Source: Candidatus Aenigmatarchaeota archaeon (lineage in GTDB: Archaea; Aenigmatarchaeota; Aenigmatarchaeia; QMZP01; QMZT01). Taken from it: a DNA stretch of 19,748 nucleotides. The stretch covers positions 1 to 19,748 of the forward strand of contig JAZDFI010000005.1 in NCBI GenBank assembly GCA_043808015.1. The letters are read 5' to 3'. Shown here piece by piece: positions 1-9,343 of this stretch. The stretch's first letter is position 1; each line of letters starts with the position of its first letter. Position numbers and translations under genes: made by a program. Under the pieces are notes generated by a model. It did not search any database, was not told the DNA's origin, and saw only the letters and a list, made by a program, of their open reading frames with translations.

Positions 1-102
1 CTGAGATTTACCCCCACACAATTTTATCTGCTAAACGCCGACAAAAGCGGCAAGCTTGAAAATCCATTTTTCTCTTTAAGCTCGAAAACAGAAACGCTTT
101 AC

Positions 103-612
103 ATGGACAATTTTGTGGTTTCCGAGGGCACGCCAATCGAAGGGAAACAGGACGGGATAAACTATGCGATATGCGTCCCTGAATACATAGAAAGAGGCAG
201 CGAACATTTTTTTCCAAATGGGCTGAAAGGGTTTCATTTTCCAGCAGGAAAAGCCGGCCATCCTTTGGTCATCGTGGAGCCAAAAATAACATTTAACGGT
301 GATATGCTATTTTTCGAACCATCCGAAATAGTGCAGGACCTTAGTATGTGCTACAATCTCTGGCACGGTCCGGATTTCAAAGACCCGGTCGAAACCGGCG
401 TGGCAAAAGAGCTTGAATTTTTTGTCCAAAGAAAAGACGGAGTGAGGCCGGCAACGGTAAACAATCTGCATCACGTGGATTGCACTTTACCTCTTTATTC
501 CGTTCTCGAGAACAATCCTGGTATCGGCTACAGGCCAGTTCTTGAGGGTTCGGTCGGCTATTTCATACTCTCAGAACCTGATAAAAAAGCGCAGCCGGTT
601 TTGACCGAATAA
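103..612 (+). CDS. Hypothetical protein (169 aa)
   Basis: Longest ORF in the region, ATG start, ends 39 nt before the helicase gene. No family motif recognised; looks more AT-rich than neighbours. Confidence 0.55.
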   Translation: MDNFVVSEGTPIEGKQDGINYAICVPEYIERGSEHFFPNGLKGFHFPAGKAGHPLVIVEPKITFNGDMLFFEPSEIVQDLSMCYNLWHGPDFKDPVETGVAKELEFFVQRKDGVRPATVNNLHHVDCTLPLYSVLENNPGIGYRPVLEGSVGYFILSEPDKKAQPVLTE

Positions 613-621
613 TCTATAGGA

Positions 622-629
622 TTTAATAT
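622..629 (+). promoter_or_regulatory. Archaeal TATA-like box for the helicase gene (probable leaderless transcript)
   Basis: TTTAATAT ends 22 nt before ATG 652; no SD seen. Confidence 0.5.
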
Positions 630-651
630 TCTAGTTTCCAATTAATACTTT

Positions 652-2856
652 ATGAACCCTACAGTCCAGCTGGTTCTCGAGAAGTCGGGCATCGCTCAGC
701 TGAATCCCGTGCAGGAAGCCGCGCTAAAAGCCGGGCTGCTCGAGGGAAAGAACATGGTCGTGGCAGCTCCGACTGCGAGCGGAAAAACGCTGGTTGCGGA
801 ATTCGCCGCGCTGAACGTGATCAAGAAGGGAATGAAAGTCGTTTACATCGTCCCGCTGCGCGCGCTCGCGAGCGAGAAGTATCATGATTTCACCAGCAAG
901 TACGAGAAACTCGGCATAAAGATTTCGCTCAGCATGGGCGATCTCGACTCGAATGACCCGTGGCTCTCCCGCTCGGACATCATAATCGTAACGTCGGAAA
1001 AGTTCGACTCGCTGCTGCGGCATGGCATCCCGTGGGTGGAGCAGGTCGGCCTCGTCGTCGTCGACGAGATTCACCTTCTCAACGACCCGTCCAGGGGCAC
1101 GACGCTCGAGGTGACGATAACCAAGCTGCGCCAGCTCGCTCGGCCCCAGATACTCGCGCTATCGGCGACGATAAAAAATTACGAAGAAATTGCCGCATGG
1201 CTTGACGCGACGCCCGTATATTCGGAATACAGGCCCGTGAAACTCTACAAGGGCGTGTGCTACGACAGCAAGATTCATTACGAGCCGAAGAAGCAGGAGA
1301 CGTCGCTAGCGAATGAGCTGCCGCCCGACTTCGAGATCGCCAAGGACACGCTGAGGCGTAACAAGCAGGCGCTCATATTCGTGTCGACGCGCAGCAGCAC
1401 AGAAGCGCTTTCCGGAAATCTCGGCAAAGTCATAGGAGAGTCGATAAGCGCCGCGGACAAGGAAAAGCTGAAGCGCATTTCGCAGAAAGTGCGCGGTGCA
1501 ATCGAGCGCCCGACCATGCAGTGCGAGAAACTCGCCAACCAGGTTCTCAACGGCGTCGCCTTCCACCACGCCGGCCTGACAAATGAGCAGAGAAAATCGA
1601 TAGAGGACGGCTTCAAGGAAGGCGCCATAAAATTCATCACGGCGACTCCGACTTTGGCGTGGGGGGTCAACCTTCCTGCGTACCGCGTCATCATACGCGA
1701 CCTCAAGCGTTTCTCATTGGGATACGGAAGCGATTACATACCGGCTCTCGAGGTGCAGCAGATGATGGGTAGGGCAGGCCGTCCCAAATACGACCAGGAA
1801 GGTGAAGCAATCCTTCTGGCGAAAAGCGAGGGGGAGGCAGAATACGTTTTCGACAACTACGTCAACGGCGAGCCGGAGGAAATCCAGTCGAAGCTCGGAG
1901 TCGAGCCCGTCCTCCGCATGCATTCGCTCGCGCTCGTTGCGAGCGGCCTCGCGTTCTCGAAGCAGCGGCTATCCGAATTCTTCTCGAAGACATTCTATGC
2001 AAAACAGTACGGCGACATGACGCAGCTCAATTGCAAGCTCGAAGCCGTTTTGGAAATGCTGAAGGACTTCGGTTTCGTGAAAGGCGACGGCAGCAAAGCC
2101 GCCGGCCCCAATCCTTTCCGCTCCGCGCTGGAAATGACAAAAGGCAGCGGCAAGCTCGAAGCGACGGCGATAGGCAAGCGCGTCTCCGAACTTTACATAG
2201 ATCCGCTCACCGCCAACTACCTGATAAAGAATCTCGCCAAGGCAGGCGACTACATCCACCCTTTCGCGCTCTTCCAGCTCATTTCGCGCACGCTCGAGAT
2301 GAGACCAGCGTTATCGATACGCAAGAGGGACATGGAAAAGATAAACGACATACTGGTCCAGAACGAGAAGCTGCTCGTCGACAAGCCGCCGAACCCGTGG
2401 GACGTCGAATACGAGGACTACGTGAGGTCGATAAAAACGGCTTGGTTCTTCCTCGAGTGGACTGACGAATTGGGCGAGGATATGATATTCGAGAATTTCG
2501 GAGTCGCGCCAGGCGAGCTGCATGTCCGCCTGTCGAATGCTGACTGGCTGCTCTATTCGACGCACGAGCTCGCGCTGCTGTCCGGCAAGAAGGAACTGTT
2601 AAAGCACATAAAGAAATCGCGCATACGGGTGAAATACGGCATTCGAGAAGAGCTGCTGGCGCTGGTTATGCTGAAAGGCGTGGGACGCGCTAGGGCAAGA
2701 TTGTTATTCGGCTCGAACCTGCGTTCGCTGGCGGATCTGCGCAAAGTGCCGCTGGAGAGCCTTTCAAGAATTATCGGCCCGAAAGTCGCGAAAGACATCA
2801 AGGACCAGCTGAACCAGGCAAAAGACGACCAGAAAATTCTGGAAGAAAAACTGTAA
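652..2856 (+). CDS. hel308: Ski2-like SF2 DNA helicase Hel308/Hjm
   Basis: Q-motif LNPVQ, Walker A APTASGKT, DEIH, ALSAT, FHHAGL, TPTLAWGVNLPA, QMMGRAGRP and C-terminal HhH GVGRARAR; 734 aa. Confidence 0.93.
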   Translation: MNPTVQLVLEKSGIAQLNPVQEAALKAGLLEGKNMVVAAPTASGKTLVAEFAALNVIKKGMKVVYIVPLRALASEKYHDFTSKYEKLGIKISLSMGDLDSNDPWLSRSDIIIVTSEKFDSLLRHGIPWVEQVGLVVVDEIHLLNDPSRGTTLEVTITKLRQLARPQILALSATIKNYEEIAAWLDATPVYSEYRPVKLYKGVCYDSKIHYEPKKQETSLANELPPDFEIAKDTLRRNKQALIFVSTRSSTEALSGNLGKVIGESISAADKEKLKRISQKVRGAIERPTMQCEKLANQVLNGVAFHHAGLTNEQRKSIEDGFKEGAIKFITATPTLAWGVNLPAYRVIIRDLKRFSLGYGSDYIPALEVQQMMGRAGRPKYDQEGEAILLAKSEGEAEYVFDNYVNGEPEEIQSKLGVEPVLRMHSLALVASGLAFSKQRLSEFFSKTFYAKQYGDMTQLNCKLEAVLEMLKDFGFVKGDGSKAAGPNPFRSALEMTKGSGKLEATAIGKRVSELYIDPLTANYLIKNLAKAGDYIHPFALFQLISRTLEMRPALSIRKRDMEKINDILVQNEKLLVDKPPNPWDVEYEDYVRSIKTAWFFLEWTDELGEDMIFENFGVAPGELHVRLSNADWLLYSTHELALLSGKKELLKHIKKSRIRVKYGIREELLALVMLKGVGRARARLLFGSNLRSLADLRKVPLESLSRIIGPKVAKDIKDQLNQAKDDQKILEEKL

Positions 2857-2878
2857 AATTCAAAAAATTAGAATCAAA

Positions 2879-3961
2879 CTATTTTTTCTTCTTGCGGCCG
2901 CCCGACTCTTTGCCGTAATAGACCTTCCTGATCGGCCACGATATCTCGATGCCTTCTTTGTCATAGCGCTCCTTCAGCGCCTTTATGAACTCGTGCCTGA
3001 CCGGGAATTTCGAGCCGAACTTATCGGAACTAAGCATAACGAAGAAGTTTATGTTCGAGTCCCCGAACTCCTTGAACATGATCGAGGGCTCGTAGTTTTT
3101 GACCGCGCCCGGCACGGTCTGCTGCACTTTCTTCGCGACGTCCAGCGTCGTCTTCTCGACGTGCTTCAGGTCCGAGCCGTACCCGACGCCGCAGTCCACG
3201 CTGAACACGTGGCTCTGCTCGGGCATCGAGTGATTGGTCATTATGCTGCCGGCAAGCTTGGCATTCGGGACGACCACGATGTTGTTGTTCCATGTCTTTA
3301 TCCTGGTCGAGCGCCAGCTTATGTCCTCCACGGTCCCTCTTATCGTGCCGTTCTCTATCTCGACTACGTCGCCCACGTTGACCGGCTTGTCCGTCAGTAT
3401 GTGCAGGCCCGCGAAGAAATTGGAAAGCGTGTCCTGGAGCGCGAGGCCCACGGCAATGCCGCCGACGCCAAGCGTCGCCACGAGCGGCGTTATCTCTATC
3501 TTGTAATATCCCATTATTATCAGGCCGGCGACAAGGAAAACGAAGACGCTCACTATCTTGCTTATCAGCTGGGGCGTCTTCTCGAACCTCTTCTGCACGT
3601 GCAGTGCATGCGTGACGAAGACTGACAATATTCTGGCCACGAGGTATGCCGCCGCGAATACGCATAGCACGAGGAAAATCATGTTGACCACGTCGGAGTA
3701 CGGGTCGACCGCGGTCAGCTTGTCAACCGCGAAGTAGAGCCCGACCGATATCGAGAGAAGATAAATCGGCTTTGTCACCGCCTTGAGCAGGTTGTCGTCA
3801 AGGTCGGTCGCCGTCTTTGCCGTCAGCCTCTTGACGTAGTTCTTGAGAATGTAATTGATGGCCCATGCCACCACGAACGATATTACGACTATGGCTGCTG
3901 CTGCGAAATACTCGTTCTGCATAATGCTTTCAAGACTCACGCCGTTTATCAGTTCGGCCAT
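2879..3961 (-). CDS. mscS: Small-conductance mechanosensitive channel (MscS family)
   Basis: TM3 motif LGVGGIAVGLALQDTLSNFFAG, then KPVNVGDVV, GTVEDISWRSTRI, VVVPNAKL and FGDSNINF; extra N-terminal TM helices. Confidence 0.93.
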   Translation of the reverse strand: MAELINGVSLESIMQNEYFAAAAIVVISFVVAWAINYILKNYVKRLTAKTATDLDDNLLKAVTKPIYLLSISVGLYFAVDKLTAVDPYSDVVNMIFLVLCVFAAAYLVARILSVFVTHALHVQKRFEKTPQLISKIVSVFVFLVAGLIIMGYYKIEITPLVATLGVGGIAVGLALQDTLSNFFAGLHILTDKPVNVGDVVEIENGTIRGTVEDISWRSTRIKTWNNNIVVVPNAKLAGSIMTNHSMPEQSHVFSVDCGVGYGSDLKHVEKTTLDVAKKVQQTVPGAVKNYEPSIMFKEFGDSNINFFVMLSSDKFGSKFPVRHEFIKALKERYDKEGIEISWPIRKVYYGKESGGRKKKK

Positions 3962-3984
3962 AAGTTATGATTTGGACCAATACA

Positions 3985-4000
3985 TATAAAAATTTTTATA
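3985..4000. promoter_or_regulatory. Back-to-back TATA boxes (bidirectional promoter) between mscS and the MFS gene
   Basis: Perfect 16-bp palindrome TATAAAAATTTTTATA, reading TTTTTATA on each strand, 23 nt from the mscS ATG and 21 nt from the MFS ATG. Confidence 0.7.
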
Positions 4001-4021
4001 GCCTGACGAAAAGAAAGTGTT

Positions 4022-4651
4022 ATGAATCGCACCATAAAACTTCTGATGATTGCCGACATATTTTTCCTGACAGGCTTCGGCCTCGTCAGCCCGATACTGG
4101 CGATTTACATAAAGGACAACCTCATAGGCGGGACGATTTTTACCGCCGGGCTGGCCAGCGCGCTTTTTCTCGTCACCAAAAGCGCCATACAGCTGCCGTT
4201 CTCCAAGTACGTCGACAAGAGCGACGATAAAGTACGGCTCCTCGTGATCGGGACCGTCATAGCGTCGACTGTTCCGTTCATATACATCTTCGCCGACAAC
4301 ATAATTTACGTTTACGTTGCTGAAATCGTAGCAGGCATCGGGGCGGGATTCTCTTTCCCGACGTGGCTCGGCCTGTGGAGCACGAACCTCGACAAGGGCC
4401 ACGAGAGCTACGAATGGAGCCTGTATTCGACGCTCACGGGCGTCGGCACGGCAGCGACGGCCGCTATAGGCGCGGCCATAGCAGAATTCATCGGGTTCAG
4501 ATACACCTTCCTGTTCGTCGGCGCCATGGCGCTCGCGAGCTGCTTCATCCTTTTCCAGCTCGAGACAGCGGATACGAAGAAGGTGAAAAAGACCGACTAT
4601 AAGTACGCTCACGAAAAGACGCCCACGGAGCCGGGCCTGCCCGTGGCCTAA
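4022..4651 (+). CDS. MFS-family membrane protein, half-size (about 6 TM, 209 aa)
   Basis: Six hydrophobic segments, motif-A-like loop FSKYVDKSDDK after TM2, and GIGAGFSFPTW in TM4. Confidence 0.8.
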   Translation: MNRTIKLLMIADIFFLTGFGLVSPILAIYIKDNLIGGTIFTAGLASALFLVTKSAIQLPFSKYVDKSDDKVRLLVIGTVIASTVPFIYIFADNIIYVYVAEIVAGIGAGFSFPTWLGLWSTNLDKGHESYEWSLYSTLTGVGTAATAAIGAAIAEFIGFRYTFLFVGAMALASCFILFQLETADTKKVKKTDYKYAHEKTPTEPGLPVA

Positions 4652-4692
4652 ACTTAATATATTTCAATATATAATACGATTCAGTGAATTCC

Positions 4693-5160
4693 ATGGAAAT
4701 AAAAAAACACGGCGCTATCGTGCGCCCAACCTGGGACGAATACTGGATGAACATCGTCGAGCAGGTCGGTAAACGCTCGACGTGCCTCCGCAGGAACATA
4801 GGCGCGGTCATAGTGAAGGACAACATAATAGTATCGACGGGATTCAACGGCGCGCCGAGAGGACTGCCTCACTGCCTCGAAATCGGATGCCTGCGTGACG
4901 AGCTGAATATACCTTCAGGCACGCGACATGAAATATGCAGAGGCGTGCATGCAGAGCAGAACGCGATAATCCGCGGCGACCCGCTCATGATGGATGGAGC
5001 GACGATGTACGTCAACGCGAAACCGTGCAAGATATGCGCCAAGATGATAGCCAACTCCGGAATAGCGAAAGTGGTTTACGTCGAGATTTATCCTGACGAC
5101 GAGGGAATCGAGATACTGAAACATACGAAAATCGAGCTTGCGCCATTCAGGAAGAAATAA
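4693..5160 (+). CDS. dCMP deaminase / ComEB-like Zn-dependent deaminase
   Basis: RPTWDEYWM, RSTCLRR, TGFNGAP, HAEQNAI and PCKIC. ATG 4693 preferred over GTG 4684. Confidence 0.9.
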   Translation: MEIKKHGAIVRPTWDEYWMNIVEQVGKRSTCLRRNIGAVIVKDNIIVSTGFNGAPRGLPHCLEIGCLRDELNIPSGTRHEICRGVHAEQNAIIRGDPLMMDGATMYVNAKPCKICAKMIANSGIAKVVYVEIYPDDEGIEILKHTKIELAPFRKK

Positions 5161-5185
5161 TTATAACCGGAAACATATTCTTCTT

Positions 5186-5557
5186 ATGAAAATCCTCAAC
5201 GTGACCAGAAGGACTGTTCTGGCCGAAAGAACAGAAACCGCCGAATCCGCGTGGCAGAAGACGAAAGGCCTGATGTTCCGCGCCTCGCTGGCGAAGAACG
5301 CTGGTTTGCTCATGCGCTTCGAGAAAGAATCGAGGCCGGGCATCTGGATGCCTTTCATGCGCTTCCCTATCGACATAATTTTCATATCTGCAGAAAAGAA
5401 GGTCGTGGACGTAAAGAAGAAAGCGAGTCCGATATCGAGGCATCCGAAAACTTGGAGAATCTACGTGCCGAAAGCAAAATGCAAATGGGTCCTCGAGGTC
5501 AGCGCCGGTCGCGCCAGGGAAACTAAAACAAAAATCGGCGATGAGCTCATGTTCTGA
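5186..5557 (+). CDS. DUF192 family protein
   Basis: KGLMFR, IWMPFMRFPIDIIF, WVLEVSAG and IGDEL. ATG 5186 follows an AT-rich TATA-like element near 5158-5166. Confidence 0.85.
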   Translation: MKILNVTRRTVLAERTETAESAWQKTKGLMFRASLAKNAGLLMRFEKESRPGIWMPFMRFPIDIIFISAEKKVVDVKKKASPISRHPKTWRIYVPKAKCKWVLEVSAGRARETKTKIGDELMF

Positions 5558-5567
5558 AAATCCGCTT

Positions 5568-8099
5568 CTAATTGTTGCCCGCGTCCGGGACGTCCTCGAG
5601 CTCCTCGTTCTCTATCGCTTTTTTACCGTCTTCCGGCATCTTTATGCCGATGAGCTTCGACTCGCCGTCCTCCATCGAGACGCCGTACACGATATCCGCG
5701 GCCTTCACCATCTCCGTGTTGTGCGAGATGATTATGAACTGGACTTTCTTCGACTGCTTCTTGACCATGTCTATCACGCGCTTGGTGTTTATCCTGTCGA
5801 GAGGGGCGTCGACCTCGTCGAGTATGTAGAACGGCGACGGCTTGAACTTCTGTATCGTGAAGAGAAACGCCAGCGCCGTCAGCGCCTTCTCGCCGCCTGA
5901 CATCGAGTCTATGTAAAGCAGCTTCTTGCCGGGCGGCTGCGCCAGTATGAGCAGGCCGGAGTTTATGTCGTTCGGCGTCTCGAGAGTGATATCGGCCTCG
6001 CCGCTGGTCAGCTCCATGTAAATCTCCTTGAAGAGCTTCGACATCTCGGTCATCGTGACGTTGAAGACCTCGCGCTTCCTGTTGTCTATCTCGTCCAGAG
6101 TCGACATTATACTGTTCTTCTCCCTGACTATCTGGTCTACCTTGCCCTTGAACTCCCCGAACTCCTCGAAAAGCACGTCGAACTCCTCTATCGCCTTCAT
6201 GTTGACCGGGCCGAGAGTCGCGATCTTGGAAAGCGCTTCCCTTTCCGCGTCCTTCAATGCCTGCAATCCCTTTTTCTGGTATTCCTCCTTGTCCGAAAGC
6301 GAAGCCCATTTCTGCTTGTTGCCTTCCCATTGTTCATTGAGGTTCTCGTAATTCGCCTCGTATCTCGCCATGTTTATCTTGAGCCTGTTTATCTCTTCCT
6401 GGGTCGTCGCCTTCCTGTCATACGCTTCTCTCCGCTTCGCGCTAAGGGCGGAAATCTCGTCTTTTATCTTGTTCATGCGCGTTTCGTAATCGAAGCTCTT
6501 CGTGTCCTTCAGCTGCTTCCTGAACTGCCCGAGCTGCTTATCGATCTCCTCTATCTCCAGCTTGAGGATGCGGTTCTCTTCCTCGAGTTTCGTGATGTCT
6601 GAGGCGTACTTCTTGGTCTCGGGCAGGGATGACGACTTGCCCTGCTTTGAATAGAAGCCGCCGAACACCGCCCCGGACGTCTCGAAAAGGTCGCCGTCCA
6701 GCGTGACCATGCGTGCTCGCGCTTTTTCAGTGATCTTCTTCGCTTTGTCCAAATCGTTGACGCACGCCGTCGTTCCGAAGACGTATTCGACGACGTTCGT
6801 GTATTCGCGCTCGTGATGCACCAGGTCGGAAATCCAGCCCAGCGTGCCGTCCGGCAGCTGCGACTTCGACGACGCGCGTATCTTGTCGAGCGGCAGGAAC
6901 CTCGCGCGGCCAACACGATTTTCTTTCAGGTAGCGCACGCAGCTCACCGCAGTATTCACGTTGTCGACGACTATGTCGTTCATGTGCGCGCCGGCTGCGA
7001 CATCCGCCGCTATACGATACTGGTCCGGAACGACGACGAGATCGCGCACGAACCCTCGCACGCCGCTCATCTGCAGGACGGGCTTGAGGTTCGGCGAAAC
7101 GTCGCGGGTAAGCATGGTAAGGCTCTTTATCATCTCGTTCAGGCGGCCGATTTCACGGCCGTTCGAATCGATGAGGTTCTCTTTACTCTCTACAGACGCC
7201 TCGAGCCTCGAGACCTTCGAGACGGCGTCTATCTGGTCCTTCCTCATGACCTCCTTCATCAGCGTATCCATTTCCTTTTCCTTCGCGTCCATCTGGATAT
7301 CGATCTTCTTCACTTCCGCGTCGAGCGTGACGAGCGACTTCTCCTTGCCGCCTATCTCGTCGCCGATGCTGCCCATGTTCTTCTCGGCGGAAGTGAACTC
7401 CTTCCAGATTATGGTGGACTTGACGAGCTCGAGCTCGTTGTTGAGCTTCTGGTATTCCAAGGCGGAGTCGTGGTCGCGCTTCAGCTTGTCCACGATCTGC
7501 TCCTTCTGCTGCAGGATGATTTCGGCTTCCATGACCTTCGCGTCGACTTTCTCCAGCTCCTTCATGGCGCGGTCGCGCTTCTCGTCGTATTCGCTTATGC
7601 CGGATATCTCGTCTATTATCTCTCGCCGCTGAAGCGGGTTCATGTCTATTATCTTCGACACGTCGCCCTGCTTTATCAGGTTGTGGCCGCCGGGATTGAG
7701 CCTGGCCTGCATGAATATGTCTATTATCTGCTGGCGCGTCGTGACCTTGCCGTTCATGCGATACGAAGAAACGCCTTCCTTGTTCAGCGTCCTCGTGACA
7801 GTGACGTTCCCTTCCTCGACGGGGAGCACTTTCTTCTCATTCGAAAAAACGAGATTGACTTTCGCGAAATCAGCAGCCCCTCGACTCTTGCTGCCGTGGA
7901 AAATCAGGTCCTGCGCCTTCTTCGCGCGCAGGTGCCTCGAGGACGAGCGGCCCAGAACAAAAGCTATCGAATCGCCTACGTTCGACTTGCCGCAGCCGTT
8001 CGGTCCGGTCACCACGACGAAGTTCGTGGGGAACTGCATCGTCACCGGGCGCTTGAACGACTTGAAGCCCTGGACAACTATCTTTTCGAGCCTTATCAT
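5568..8099 (-). CDS. smc: Chromosome segregation protein SMC with short arms (843 aa)
   Basis: GFKSF, Walker A GPNGCGKSN, Q-loop IKQGDV, hinge (GRARFLPLD; VTLDGDLFETSGAVFGG), LGPVNMKAIEEF, signature MSGGEK, Walker B/D-loop FYILDEVDAPLD and H-loop IISH. Confidence 0.93.
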   Translation of the reverse strand: MIRLEKIVVQGFKSFKRPVTMQFPTNFVVVTGPNGCGKSNVGDSIAFVLGRSSSRHLRAKKAQDLIFHGSKSRGAADFAKVNLVFSNEKKVLPVEEGNVTVTRTLNKEGVSSYRMNGKVTTRQQIIDIFMQARLNPGGHNLIKQGDVSKIIDMNPLQRREIIDEISGISEYDEKRDRAMKELEKVDAKVMEAEIILQQKEQIVDKLKRDHDSALEYQKLNNELELVKSTIIWKEFTSAEKNMGSIGDEIGGKEKSLVTLDAEVKKIDIQMDAKEKEMDTLMKEVMRKDQIDAVSKVSRLEASVESKENLIDSNGREIGRLNEMIKSLTMLTRDVSPNLKPVLQMSGVRGFVRDLVVVPDQYRIAADVAAGAHMNDIVVDNVNTAVSCVRYLKENRVGRARFLPLDKIRASSKSQLPDGTLGWISDLVHHEREYTNVVEYVFGTTACVNDLDKAKKITEKARARMVTLDGDLFETSGAVFGGFYSKQGKSSSLPETKKYASDITKLEEENRILKLEIEEIDKQLGQFRKQLKDTKSFDYETRMNKIKDEISALSAKRREAYDRKATTQEEINRLKINMARYEANYENLNEQWEGNKQKWASLSDKEEYQKKGLQALKDAEREALSKIATLGPVNMKAIEEFDVLFEEFGEFKGKVDQIVREKNSIMSTLDEIDNRKREVFNVTMTEMSKLFKEIYMELTSGEADITLETPNDINSGLLILAQPPGKKLLYIDSMSGGEKALTALAFLFTIQKFKPSPFYILDEVDAPLDRINTKRVIDMVKKQSKKVQFIIISHNTEMVKAADIVYGVSMEDGESKLIGIKMPEDGKKAIENEELEDVPDAGNN

Positions 8100-8246
8100 A
8101 GCCTTACCAACCGCTCAAAACCCACAATCCGCTATTGGCCGTTGCGTTCGCCAGCGTTTGTTGCTGCAATATTGCTGTAATTATAATACCAATTAATATA
8201 ATAATTGTGGCGCAACTTATTTATTCCTAAATCCCATCATCTCGTC

Positions 8247-8633
8247 ATGAAGGCGCTTCTCGACACGAATTTTCTCATGATACCGGTCGAATTCAGGGTC
8301 GACATCATTTCAGGGCTGATGAGCCTCGGCTACATCGAGATATTCACGCTCGACCTTGTCGTAGCTGAGCTGGAGAAGTTCTCGGTCAAAGGCGGGAAGA
8401 TAGCGAAAGCCTCGCGCGTCGCGCTCCAGATAGTCAGGAACTCAGGCGTCGTCGTCCTCCAGACCAAAGGCGACCTCAAGCGAGTAGACGACGAGATACT
8501 GCGGCTGGCGAAGACGAATGGATACGCCGTCTGCACCCAGGACCAGGAGCTCCTTCAAACCGCGAAGGCCGCCGGTCTTCGCTGCATCACGCTCCGCCAG
8601 AAGCGATATCTGGTTGAGACGGGCGACTATTAG
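8247..8633 (+). CDS. PIN-domain protein, archaeal Fcf1/Utp24-like (DUF188)
   Basis: LLDTNFLMIP, VVAELE, VDDEIL, VCTQDQEL and LRQKRYL. Confidence 0.85.
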   Translation: MKALLDTNFLMIPVEFRVDIISGLMSLGYIEIFTLDLVVAELEKFSVKGGKIAKASRVALQIVRNSGVVVLQTKGDLKRVDDEILRLAKTNGYAVCTQDQELLQTAKAAGLRCITLRQKRYLVETGDY

Positions 8634-8671
8634 ATAAATTTTATTTAAGAAACGAAAACAATTCTTTTTCT

Positions 8672-9343
8672 ATGGCAGCAGAACGGTCGCATTCAAAATA
8701 CAAAATGGTCGTCTTCGACCTCGACGGCACGCTAATCGACGGCACAGCTTCCATATGGTCCACGATGCACAGGATTCTCGGCATAGATGAGCATCCGAGG
8801 CGCGTTGAGCTGCGCAGGAAATTCAGGGAAGGCGAGATAGACTACAACCAGTGGGCCGAAGAGGACATGAAGCTGATGGTGGAGCACGGCTTGAACAGGA
8901 AAAATGTTTTTGAAGCCGCGGAGAAACTCAGGTTGACAGCAGGCACGCGCGAGACGCTGGATGCACTGAAGGCGAGAGGCATGAAACTCGCGCTCGTTTC
9001 AGGCAGCTTCGACATCGTGCTTGAAAAGCTCATCCCCGACTACAGGAAAATTTTCAGCCACGTCTACGTCGTCAAACTCGTTTTCGGCAAAGACGGAAAG
9101 TTCAAGGAAATGGACACATGCCACGACGCGTGGAACAAGGACATAGCGCTCCGCGAAATCTGCGCGAACGAGGGCGTATCGCTGGAAGAGTGCGTGTTCG
9201 TCGGCGACCACAGCAACGACGTGAGCGCCTCGAAAATCGCCGGCCTGGCGATAGCGTTCGACCCCAAGTCCGACAAGCTGCGCGAGGCGGCGGACGTAAT
9301 CATAGAGAAGAAGGACATGCGCGAGATCCTGAAGCACATCTGA
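8672..9343 (+). CDS. HAD-IB hydrolase, phosphoserine phosphatase (SerB)-like
   Basis: Motif I FDLDGTL, motif II VSGS, motif III Lys (NKD), motif IV VGDHSND, then GLAIAF. Confidence 0.82.
   Translation: MAAERSHSKYKMVVFDLDGTLIDGTASIWSTMHRILGIDEHPRRVELRRKFREGEIDYNQWAEEDMKLMVEHGLNRKNVFEAAEKLRLTAGTRETLDALKARGMKLALVSGSFDIVLEKLIPDYRKIFSHVYVVKLVFGKDGKFKEMDTCHDAWNKDIALREICANEGVSLEECVFVGDHSNDVSASKIAGLAIAFDPKSDKLREAADVIIEKKDMREILKHI

Noticed and set aside
8166-8175. Palindrome GCAATATTGC in the smc/PIN divergent intergenic region
   Set aside because: A single 10-bp palindrome in AT-rich DNA is compatible with chance.
6813-8180. 455-aa plus-strand ORF and other long antisense ORFs (e.g. 2993-3625, 15453-16211)
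   Set aside because: They lie opposite well-supported genes (smc, mscS, Zn dehydrogenase) and have no motifs; typical shadows of GC3-rich coding sequence.
8247-8633. VapC toxin
   Set aside because: No adjacent antitoxin; DTNFLMIP and LRQKRYL fit the housekeeping Fcf1-like PIN family.
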